A stretch of 63,801 nt of DNA, counting the filler, from Octopus bimaculoides (Eukaryota): NCBI RefSeq assembly GCF_001194135.2. It is 4 parts of 3 records of this genome, joined end to end, with 100 filler letters (N's around TTAATTAATTAA, not from the genome) between each part and the next. Parts side by side here need not be neighbours in the genome. Positions count along the whole stretch, not along the records: positions 36,108 to 57,279 come from NC_069000.1; positions 57,380 to 63,801 come from NC_068999.1; 2 more parts are not named here. One strand, written 5' to 3'. Numbering within the stretch: position 1 is the first letter of the stretch; every line of letters starts with the position of its first letter. This document shows, one piece after another, positions 51,440-63,801 of the stretch. The notes beneath the pieces are model-generated. The model saw only the letters and a program-made list of their open reading frames with translations. It was not told where the DNA came from and ran no database searches. Both the position numbers and the translations under genes were made by a program.

Positions 51440-52100
51440 GGGGGGGGGGTCAGTTGCTGTTATTGGTGATTTGGTGGCTCTTGAAGGCGGTGTTTCTTTT
51501 CGGTCCATTTTTACTGTTTTTCCACTTTTGGTGTTCTCTTCTTCTTCTGTTGTTTTTGTTGTTGCTACGACTGCTAGTGCTACTGGTGTTGTTGTTGTTA
51601 CTGCTGCTGATGCTACTGGTGCTACTGTTGCTTGACGGCTGCTGTTTCTGCTGCTTTTGTAATTTCTAATTTTCGTGTCCATGTCGTTGTTGCAGTTTTG
51701 ACTACACTATGTCGATGGTTCATCTGCTGTTTATGTTGTTTATGTTGTGCAACAATTTTCGTAGAAGTGGTGGTGTGGTGTTCATTCTTCTCTCCTCTTT
51801 TGATGTGGACAGAAAGCCTTGACATGGTTTGTGTCATAACACAAACGACATCTTGCTCTTCTGCTCTCGACAGCCACTTACACCTTAATGCTGCTTGGCC
51901 CACTGATCAGGCCAGAGATGGACTCTATACTTTGTTGATTCAATTGGAACAATAGCTCTATCCCGACCAATTTTGTTTCTGCAGCGTCTGGAACTGCAGA
52001 TGTTATCTTTGTTTTTATGTCGAAGCGGACCGCCACCATTAACTAGCTGCTTACTTTTGGGGGAAGTGGTGGGTATTTCAACAATTTTTATCCTCACTAC
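51440..52100 (-). mobile_element. Probable LINE ORF1 (gag-like) relic with a CCHC zinc knuckle
   Basis: The minus frame reads SIKV*VAVESRRARCRLCYDTNHVKAFCPHQK (C-x2-C-x4-H-x4-C at 51850-51809). It is in the same frame as the Thr/Ala/Lys-rich ORF starting at 51682. Confidence 0.6.
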
Positions 52101-52479
52101 TCTATGTTGTTCGTTCTATTCTTTGGTGTTTCATTCCTAACGATTCATATGTTAGTGCTTCCAAATTGTTTTCTTGTATGAGTTTTGGAATGTATACTAC
52201 TATGTTTCGTCCAAACCTCATAAGGGGGATGTTTAGCATTGTTTAATTCTTGAGATGGCAATTTAATTTCTTCCTCTTGTCGCAAACGTTTGCAACCCGA
52301 TTATTTTGAATTTGCTAATTATGCTATCTTAATCTGTATTTGTACTAGTATCGACAAATCTCTCGCCTCAAAAAGCACTCAATAACTAAAATTAATTCAT
52401 AATATTTTATGTCGAAAATGAAATAGAGAAAACTCACAGCTTATTTTGATGGGTATGATGGAAAGTGTCAGCTGTCCAC

Positions 52480-55045
<2,566 letters not shown>

Positions 55046-56690
55046 TAGTCGTATTGTTATCATGTGCTTTCACTGCACTACCGAGCAAAGCTGGGTGTGT
55101 CTTGGGTATGTGCTGTGGTTCGTTGTGATGCTCTTATTTTCGTTGTATTGAAAGTGTTTTACGTAGGATGTATGCGGTTCCTAGTAGTGCTATTTTCTGT
55201 ATGTTATATATACTTGTAAGTTCTGGTGCTTTTGTTATGTACTTATCTGAACGGTTTTCTTTTTATCATACCTAATGCACCCACGAGAGGAATTGTTTCT
55301 GCTTTTATGCTCCACATTCGAATTATCTCTATTTCCAGAACTTTGAATTTTAAAAGTTTCTCCGTTTCTTTTAGAGAAACATTATCACCTGTTGATATTG
55401 ATACATCGATTAGAAAGAATTTTTTTCTTGGTGATCTCTGACAACTATATCTGGCCTATTGGCCTTAATTTATGTGATCTTTATTGCATCCTCAATTTCT
55501 GTGATCTTTCTGGCGTGTGCCTATATCTTTTTTCTGCTGTTATTCCATAGTGTTGGCATAATTTCCAATGTATATAGGTCCCAACTCTATGGTGTCTGTG
55601 AAAATATTCCTTCGTAGCCAGGACTGGGCAGCCAGAGACAATATGATTCATTGTCTCTTTTCCATCTCCACATATTCTTTTCATTACATATTTTTAGTGA
55701 TTTCTGGTAGGAAATCTTTAATCTTGTGCTGCATTTAAAAATCTTTCAGTCCCTGTTTGAGTCCTGAGCTTCTCAGCCATTGTCGGGATTTTGCTTTGTC
55801 TATTTCTTCATCGTTTTATCATGATCCGTTGTTGTTCCAGTTTTAGTTTGGATTTCAGTTGTTTTACAACTTTCGTTGTTTCTTTTTTTTCTTTATAGTT
55901 GTTAGGTACTATGAATTCTTTTTTTTTTTTTTTTTTTTTTGTATTTGTCAGCTTCCTTAAAGACTGAAAACAGTTTCTTGTTTTGTTCGTGTTTTGTGGC
56001 ATTTTGTAAAAGTTTTCCTTGCATCTAAAGTAGGTATTTCTGTAGTCCTATAGTGGTTGTTTGTAATAGTTTTCTAGCCGTATAAGGCCTCTACCACCTT
56101 CGATATATTGTATATATATATAGCCTTTCTATGTCAAATTTTGGGTGGTGCATCCTAAATCTTGTCCTTATTATTATTTTTTTCCTGTCTATTTTGATTA
56201 GTTCAGTTAGAGTTCAGTTAAGAATATTGTAGCTGTAACTTATAACTGGGACAGCTAGATTGTTGATACCACTTATCTTGTTTTTCGCATTGAGGCCTGT
56301 TTTCAGTATTAATCTAACTCGTCTATAGTATTCCTTTTTTATCTTCCATTTCATTTGCGTGTATTGTATCCTATCTAGTTCATTGATTCCTAAGTATTTG
56401 TATGTCTGGCATTGGTCTAATTTTCTTATTTCATTTGCTTTATCTAGTGTTCTGTTGCTACTCTTAACTGGTTTTCTTCTTTTGAAGGTTGCTTTGGCAC
56501 ATTTGTCAGGGCCAAATTTCATGTTTATTTCTTTGGTAAATCCATGTACTGTAAGTAGTAATCATGCCAGCTGTTTATCATTTGTAGTGTACAGTTTTAG
56601 ATTATCCATATATAAGAGGTGGCCGATTGTTTGTCACAACAGTTGTATCTACATACAGTTCTATATAGCATGTCAGATAAAGGTGTCAGT
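55046..56690 (-). mobile_element. R4/Dong-like retrotransposon, 5'-truncated (copy B)
   Basis: GHLLYMDNLKLY..MKFGPDKCAKATFKR, YKYLGINE..KKEYYRRVRLILKTGLNAKNKISGINNLAVPVISYS, ETMNHIVSGCPVLATKEYFHRHHRVGTYIHWKLC, a C-terminal LLGTAYILRK, and a 3'UTR running into (AAT)n. Confidence 0.88.
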
Positions 56691-56740
<50 letters not shown>

Positions 56741-56814
56741 TATTAATATTATCATTATTGTTATTATTATTATTAATATTATTAATATCATCATTATTAT
56801 TATTATTATTATTA

Positions 56815-57279
56815 TTGGATGAGAGGGTGGTGCATGCCATCAAAGTGACATGGGGGTAAAATATACAAAGCCCATTATACCCATCATGACTACCCGTCTG
56901 ATAAGGGTACACCAGGCACATGCATCACAACCATATGTGCGCGACATTGTGATCTCATATCAAGATAAACAGCGCATGACCTTGCAGGTGGGGGCCCATC
57001 CTGCTCAAAAGATCCCTGAATAAGAGTTGTTTAAGGATGTTGAACGAAACACCCATGTTGCCAAAGGTGAATTTTCCAAAACCCAAAGAATTCCTTTCAA
57101 CACATGGCTATGATGCTCCACCACTACTTCTGCTCGTGATAAGAGATGCATATATCGTCAGGGACATGTTCAACTGGTTAAGGTCAAACAACTGACAAGC
57201 AAATCTGGTATTGGGCAGAATATTTACTATAGCCCATCTTTTATACCAAGACGAAACAATGTACATGATAACACTTCCT
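56815..57279 (-). mobile_element. Family-5 interspersed repeat with an (AAT)n tail
   Basis: Reverse complement of 24490-24890 and 20385-20570. The tail is plus-strand (ATT)n at about 56740-56815. Confidence 0.8.
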
Positions 57280-57379
57280 NNNNNNNNNNNNNNNNNNNNN
57301 NNNNNNNNNNNNNNNNNNNNNNNTTAATTAATTAANNNNNNNNNNNNNNNNNNNNNNNNNNNNNNNNNNNNNNNNNNNN
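57280..57379. other. Assembly spacer: 44 N + TTAATTAATTAA + 44 N
   Basis: Same 100-bp construct. Confidence 0.95.
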
Positions 57380-58109
57380 TATATATATATATACTTATAT
57401 ATATATACTTATATGTATGCATGTATGTATATATAACTTGTACAAACATCAGCGCACACACGTCTCAGCTTCTCATGCTCTCTTGATATATGCGTACACT
57501 CATACTCTCACGCACACACACACATACATATATATTTATCAGAGTTAATACTATATACATGATATACATTAATCCTTGTATATCTTATATGTTAATGACA
57601 CTAGAGCTCGTGAAATTTTGTCTTTGCTAGTTAACGTTATATCTGGGTAGGTCTCGTAATATACATTGATATAAAAATATACAGATTTTTTTCTGAATAT
57701 GCACATATGTGTGTCTCTGTGTGTGCGTGTGTGTGCATATGTGTGTATGTGTGTGCGTGCGTATTTGTTTATTTATTTGTGCTTCTGTTTGCTCGTCTGC
57801 GTGTGTGTGTTTGTGTTCGTTATTGATAAAGTAGGTAGAAGATAATTTAACAAATATAACAAACAATTTGAAGTTTTTCCCAACTATTATCAGAAACAAA
57901 ACAGTAATACTAATGGCCACACCACAGATTTTTTACTCGGAGAACGATAACAAAAACTATGAACAATATCGACAAAAAAACATCATCAGAAATCATCATC
58001 GACGTGGTCAGGAAGAACAAAAACCAAAAAAAAACCCAAAAAAACAGCGGTAATATTTAATAAAGAATACAAATAAATAAAACGAATACAAATAAATAAA
58101 ACGAGAACA

Positions 58110-58174
58110 ACAACAAGAACATAATGATGATGATGATGAGGAGGAGAATAATAATAATAATAGTAATAATAATA

Positions 58175-58224
<50 letters not shown>

Positions 58225-58332
58225 AATATTAATAATAATAATAATAATAATAGTAATAATAATACTAATAATAATGATGATGATGATGATGATGATGATG
58301 ATAATAATCATATTAATAATAATAATATAATA

Positions 58333-58387
<55 letters not shown>

Positions 58388-58445
58388 TAGCATCGTAATC
58401 ATCATCAGTAACATCAATATGTAATCATAATCTTAACAACATCAA

Positions 58446-58494
<49 letters not shown>

Positions 58495-58500
58495 AACAAC
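58110..58500. repeat. Compound (AAT)n/(GAT)n/(AAC)n microsatellite
   Basis: Directly visible. Confidence 0.92.
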
Positions 58501-58936
58501 TTGAACTGTAACATTTACAACGTTTGGGGGCAAATAAACTCAGAAGAAACGAAGTTTAATCTTTGCTGCAGACAACAAAGTTGTTTTAATTGAGTTAGTG
58601 GAATTAGATAACGGAATTTGAATCATTTCGCCGCGAGAGACTGGTATTTTCTCTGTATCTTAGAGACTTCAAGACTATTTAGCAATGATATCACAGTGGT
58701 CAGAATTATTTGTATAACAATTGTGTTTTTTTTTGTTACTTTTTCTTTTTTTTTGTTGAAAACCTCCTATCACCTTCCGTGTTTTTCATTTCTCTTTCGT
58801 TCGCCTTATCGTTCTCTCTGGCTTTCGTATCTCTTAGTTTTGTTAGTATTTTTATCAAGTGAAATCCCTGTATTATATATAATGGACAGAACCACTGTTT
58901 TAGAACAACGATTTAATAATAGAAACAAGCGTAACG

Positions 58937-58987
<51 letters not shown>

Positions 58988-59159
58988 GTAGGCATAATGC
59001 CAAAAAATATTAAAAGACTCTTCAGAGGATGTAGACGATTCTTTCAACCTGATCACTTGGTGGGATACGAACTATGAACTTAAAGAACGTGGTTTTAAAT
59101 ATCGCAAATAAATTTGACTGATGATCTACCGATTCAGTTAAACCGTATGTGATGGTAAT

Positions 59160-59385
59160 AACAATAATGATCCTTTGTTCAATGGATACAAGGCCTGACA
59201 TTTTAAGGGAGTGGGCTAGTCGGTTACATCGACTACTAGTACTCAACAGGTAGTTTATTTTATCGACTCCAAAGAGATGAAAAGCAAGGCCGACTTCGGC
59301 GGAATTTGAACTCAGAATGCAAAAATGGATGAAATGTAGCTAAGCAGTTTGCCCAGAGTGATGACAGTTCTATGGCACATAGATA
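59160..59385 (-). mobile_element. Family-2 SINE
   Basis: aataatgatcctttg...acaaggcctgacatt...gccgacttcggcggaatttgaactcagaatg. Confidence 0.75.
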
Positions 59386-59389
59386 ATGA

Positions 59390-60055
59390 TCCAAATCCTT
59401 TGATTAAATGCTCTGATAATATCATACAAGCAAGTATCTGAGTGGTTTTTAGACATAATGAAACACACAGAAACACTCTATCATTGCTAACACGAAGGAG
59501 AATCTATGTGTTGCCTAAAACCAACCAAATCAAGAGAATTACAGGTCAGTTACATGCCTTAATAATATTAACAAACCATTAACAATTCTAACAAAGCCAA
59601 AATACCTATTCCTGGACACCAAGATGATATTCTGCTTTAAGAGCAAAAAGGCTGCTGTAGAAATTGCAATGACTGCAAAGATCAACTTCTGATTAAACGA
59701 ATGGTACTCAAAAAGGCAAAGTCGACCTTTGAACTCAGGTGGAATTTGAACTCAGAACGTTGCGAAAGACGAAATACCGCTAAGCCTTTGATCGAGCATG
59801 CTAACGATTCTGCCCTCCCGCCGCCATATGAGTAATGCTTACACGACACACACGTATACATACAGAAATTAAAAGAAAAACGCTAGCGACCTGAACCAAA
59901 TACAAAGCGACCTAGGTACCCTAGGTTTGATAAAATAGGGATGTCAGAAACGTCTAGATAAAATCCCAGGAGAACCATGTCTCAGAGAAATCCAAAAGAT
60001 TGTGCTGACAAGTACTGCACAGCTCCTTTGAAAAATCCTGCTCATTTAAATGTCT
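59390..60055 (+). mobile_element. R4/Dong-like fragments split by a family-2 SINE piece
   Basis: EQKGCCRNCNDCKDQLLIK (cf. EQKGCR..CKDQLLIN) at about 59640-59700. A REL C-terminus LGTLGLIK..DKIPGEPCLREIQKIVLTSTAQLL at about 59915-60030. Confidence 0.7.
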
Positions 60056-60217
60056 GCGTTGTATTACATGAAGAAATTTCGCTACTACCACTGCCACTTC
60101 CCCTCCCCAAACTTTCAGTCATACTGTAACATCTCTTATCCTTCACTCGCCCTAGGACGCTGGGTGTGTCTCGGCAAGTGAATGTAACAAACATGCATAT
60201 TAAAAGTAGATATACAG

Positions 60218-60239
<22 letters not shown>

Positions 60240-60253
<14 letters not shown>

Positions 60254-60500
60254 CTGTGTGTGTGTATGTGTGTGTGTGTGTGTGTGTCTTTGCGTCTGTG
60301 CTTGTCTCTCATCAGCACTTGGCAACCGGTGCTGGTCTGTTTACGTCTCCGTAAATTAGATGTTCGGCAAGCGATCAATAGAATAAGTACTAGACTTAGG
60401 AAAAACGTCCTGCGGTTGACTTGTTCGATTAAATCCCTTCAAAGAGGTGCCTCAGCATGGCCGCAGTCAAATCACTGAAGCAAAAGCTAAAAGCTAAAAG
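60240..60500 (+). mobile_element. (TG)n plus family-1 SINE 3' half
   Basis: cacttggcaaccggtgctggtctgtttacgtc...gatcaatagaataagtactag...cagcatggccgcagtcaaatcactgaagc. Confidence 0.75.
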
Positions 60501-60519
60501 ATACTTCTGTCTCGTGAAT

Positions 60520-62060
60520 TGAACCATAGAAAATATGGATACAAAATTTGTGATAGAACCATCTCACATCTCTTTTATATGGATGACCTGAAGCTATATG
60601 CAAAAAATAAGAATGATCTAGAGGGATTTAGAGGATTACCAGCAAATGTGAAAAGTGTTAATGAGGATATCAACCTGGAATTTGGCTCGGATAAGTGCAT
60701 CAAAGCAACATTTAAACAGGGAAAGCTCATTTCCATTACGCTAAATGATAACATTATTATCAAAGATTTAGACAAGAGCCAAAATGGAGCATAAAAATCC
60801 CTGGGAATAAATGAAAGGAAAAAGGATCCGACGCAACGCCATGAAGGAAAAAAATCAGGGAAGAATATTATAGGAGTGTAAGACTGATTATGTAAACGGG
60901 ACTGAATTCCCAGAATAGGAATTGAGCCATTAATTCACTTGCTGTCCCAGTGGTACTGTCCAATTATAATATAATTAGCTGAAATATAAATCAACTACAA
61001 CGAAGGACATGAAAACGAAAGCAAATGACATTAAATGACATGCATCGTCCAAAAGATGATGTTCATAGAATTTATGTTCCGCGAAAAGAGGTTGGCAGAG
61101 GCCTCATCCAGCTAGATTTGTCTGACCGTAATAGAATTATCTCATAGATCCAGAATTACTATGAATCGATGATACATCTAATTAAATCAGCACGAAGCGG
61201 GGACGGGAGGACGCTACGATCTGTCGTTAAAAGAAGCACGGAAATATAAAAGAGAACTAAACTGAAATGTAAATGATAATGCCCAAGTTGCAATATCAAC
61301 AGAAACTGCAAAACACGGCAAGCAAAAAGCTGAAACCGAAGGCCTGTAAAAGCTTATAAACAAATGGTAAGACAAACCGGTCCGGGGTCAGCATCACAAA
61401 CTAACAAGAGATATAGAGAAAGAAAGAACACTTCAGTAGCATAACAGCAGGGTTTTAAAATGGCAGATCAGGATCAATCTCTACTCACAACAGACTACCA
61501 AGCAAACGTTCTCCACAATGGGGCTGATCCAGACTATAGACTATGTGTTAATTCTATTTAAACTATCGACCACGTTGTGGTTGGCTGCTCTAAACTTGCA
61601 ATAACAGTACAAAACGAAGCATTGTCGAATAGAACAGTACCTATATAGAAACATCAGTCGTCCTTATGATATTTCCCTTCCTAAAAACTGTATGACTACT
61701 AACAGAAATCAGTCACAGAATGTAACAGAGTTGCTATTCTGCGGGACATAACCATCCATACTGACGACAGGTAAATGCGAATAGACCTTATCTTACTTTC
61801 AAAGACCATCGACATACGGATATGATAGTATCACCTGATCGAATTATCACAGTCAAGGAATTTTAAAAGTTAGTTAAATGCAAGAACCTACAGATAGAAA
61901 TCAACAGAATGTGGAAACTGAAAACAGTTACTCTACCGTTAGTAAGAGCCCTTGGCATGATTAAACAAGGGTCTTCAATCTTCATTGATAGAATATCTGA
62001 AAAATCAAATATACACGATGAGCAAGAGTTCGCATTATCCTCAACAGCCCATCTCTTAAC
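60520..62060 (+). mobile_element. R4/Dong-like retrotransposon, 5'-truncated (copy C)
   Basis: ISHLFYMDDLKLYAKN..FGSDKCIKATFKQG, YVPRKEVGRGLIQL, and MWKLKTVTLPLVRALGMIK..IHDEQEFALSSTAHLL. Confidence 0.85.
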
Positions 62061-62061
62061 T

Positions 62062-62450
62062 TTTATCTATATTTTACTTGTTTCAGTCACTAGACTACGG
62101 CCAGACTGGAGCACCGCGTTGAAGAATTTTTAGTCGAATGAACTGACCCCAGTAGTTTTTTTTTTTTCTTTTTTGTTAAGCTCGACACTTATTCTGTTCG
62201 TCACTTTGGCCGAACCACTAAGTTACGGGGACACAAAACACGCCAACACTGCTTCTCAAGTCGTAGGGGAGGACAAGCAAGGACACAAAGACACACAGAC
62301 ACACAAATAGATACATCCGCACGCGCGCGCGAGGAGCTTCAGTTTCTGTCAACCAAATCCACTTACAAGGCTTTGATCGGTCCGAAGCTATAAGAGAAAA
62401 CGTAGATGGAAACCAAGTTCCTTACCACACACCTACGCCTGCGCTCCCTT
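62062..62450 (-). mobile_element. Family-1 SINE
   Basis: tttacttgtttcagtcactagactacggccagactggagcaccg...gaaccactaagttacgggg...cttcagtttctgtcaaccaaatccacttacaagg. Confidence 0.8.
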
Positions 62451-62500
62451 GAGAAGACACCCCGCTACCGTTATAACATAGTCATCCCCTTATCGAACTA

Positions 62501-62543
<43 letters not shown>

Positions 62544-62549
62544 TTACTA

Positions 62550-62720
62550 CTACTAATAATAATAATCCTTTCTACTGGAAACAAAAGGCCTTAAATTTGG
62601 TGGCAACTGGTACTTAATTTGTCGACCCCGAAGACGAACTCGGCGGAATTTGATCTCAGAACGTAGCGACAAGCGAAATGCCACTAAACATTTCATCCAG
62701 TTTGCTAAAGATTCTGCCAA
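62550..62720 (-). mobile_element. Family-2 SINE preceded by (ACT)n/(AAT)n
   Basis: aataatcctttctactgg...cggcggaatttgatctcagaacgtagcgac...gctaaagattctgcca. Confidence 0.75.
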
Positions 62721-62739
62721 GAGATAATAATGTTCTTTG

Positions 62740-63300
62740 TTTCGATGTTTTCAATTCATGATTTACTTTACGCGTTTCCTGATTTAGTCTACATTGGTTA
62801 GCTTTCTTCAAGTCGAATGTAAATTCTGTTCTTCTGTATTTAGTTGATTAAAAATTCTGTTTATTACTGTCTGGTCTTGGTCGTTTAAATAATCACTGAC
62901 ATCGATTCTTTCACTACTCGTGACAGTATATACTTGTGGGCAATTTTTCCATTTCTTTTACTGCGCCACTTTCGTTTCTCATATGCCCAGCACTACCTGA
63001 TATCGTTCTTTTGATGGTGTCTAACTCCGATTCTGATGACCATCCTCTCTTTTGCATTGCTCTAGCTCGACCACATAATCTCTGTTCAGTAATTTCAAAT
63101 AGATTCATCGCCTTCCATTCTCTGTGCATTCGTTGTGTGTATCCTCTCACTGGCACACCATTTGCATCCGCTGGAATGCTCCGATACTAACACTCCATAA
63201 CTATCATGTTTACTTGTTTACTCCACTTCTGCCTCACAGCATGGCTAGCAGTGGCACGATTACGATTGGGCCCACTCTGCTGGACAATGGGACACCTGCA
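62740..63300 (-). mobile_element. N-terminal part of an R4/Dong-like ORF (copy D)
   Basis: RQKWSKQVNMIVMEC*YRS..VRGYTQRMHREWKAMNLFEITEQRLCGRARAMQKRGW resembles the conserved R4-clade N-terminal motif. Confidence 0.65.
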
Positions 63301-63577
63301 GAGTGCAGCAACTTCATTGGTTTCAGTCCATTTCACAACGTTATCGTGATGTATTTGTTTGAAATTTTCACTCGTAAATGAGGTACGTTTTTAGGTTACC
63401 ACCAACAGGTAATATTTTTGTATCGCGTCACCATTACTAACAAGGTTGCCCACCAAGGCGTAATAGGCCTTGAACCTCTGGTTTTGAAATAAGATTGGTT
63501 CCTCTCCTAGGTTGATTGCCATTCAAGGCTAACGAGCTAAGCTTACGCAGAGCACTGGATATTGGAAGGAACCAGAC

Positions 63578-63598
63578 AATCATAATAATAATAATAAC

Positions 63599-63648
<50 letters not shown>

Positions 63649-63660
63649 TGATGATGATGA
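63578..63660. repeat. (AAT)n(GAT)n microsatellite
   Basis: Directly visible. Confidence 0.92.
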
Positions 63661-63801
63661 GATTTGGCATAAGCACAACAAGAAAATCAGTAGTTAAGGG
63701 AGCTGTTTTTGAAAGAACATTTAACTGGTACTTTATTTTTTCAAACTTATGAAAATGAAAGACTTAGTTTATTAGTTTAGTTACAAGACTCAATTCTATA
63801 A

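Noticed and set aside
52204-52224. Hammerhead-ribozyme-like core on the minus strand (CTTATGA..GGACGAAAC); similar CTGATGA motif at 19675-19705
   Set aside because: The catalytic core is mutated and stems II and III do not pair properly, so a functional ribozyme or Penelope end cannot be supported.

Overview
This is AT-rich animal genomic DNA, not prokaryotic, with many assembly gaps. The very high microsatellite load and the tRNA-derived SINE families suggest a coleoid cephalopod such as Octopus (inference from pattern recognition, no database search). The only protein gene I can reconstruct with confidence is the 3' part of a CIB1-like calcium- and integrin-binding EF-hand gene on the + strand. 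It has five coding exons (5523-5619, 6653-6800, 8226-8347, 13790-13878, 16983-17004) that splice into 158 codons plus a stop, one intron is a non-canonical GC-AG intron, and the first exons were not found in the window. The rest is mostly microsatellites, SINEs, two near-full-length dead mariner elements, a Tigger/pogo relic interrupted by a hAT-type MITE, TTAA-target MITEs, RTE LINE fragments and a dense cluster of R4/Dong-like (REL endonuclease) retrotransposon fragments at 52.4-63.4 kb. I could not demonstrate a new multi-gene system. The best leads are two promoter-like islands (about 31.7-32.3 kb and 40.69-40.84 kb) with chains of strongly bounded small exons that match no protein I recognise, and dsRNA-forming inverted repeats in the CIB introns. 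Three TTAATTAATTAA spacers flanked by Ns are scaffolding artefacts, so continuity across 22.2, 36.0 and 57.3 kb is uncertain. Coordinates of decayed repeats are approximate.
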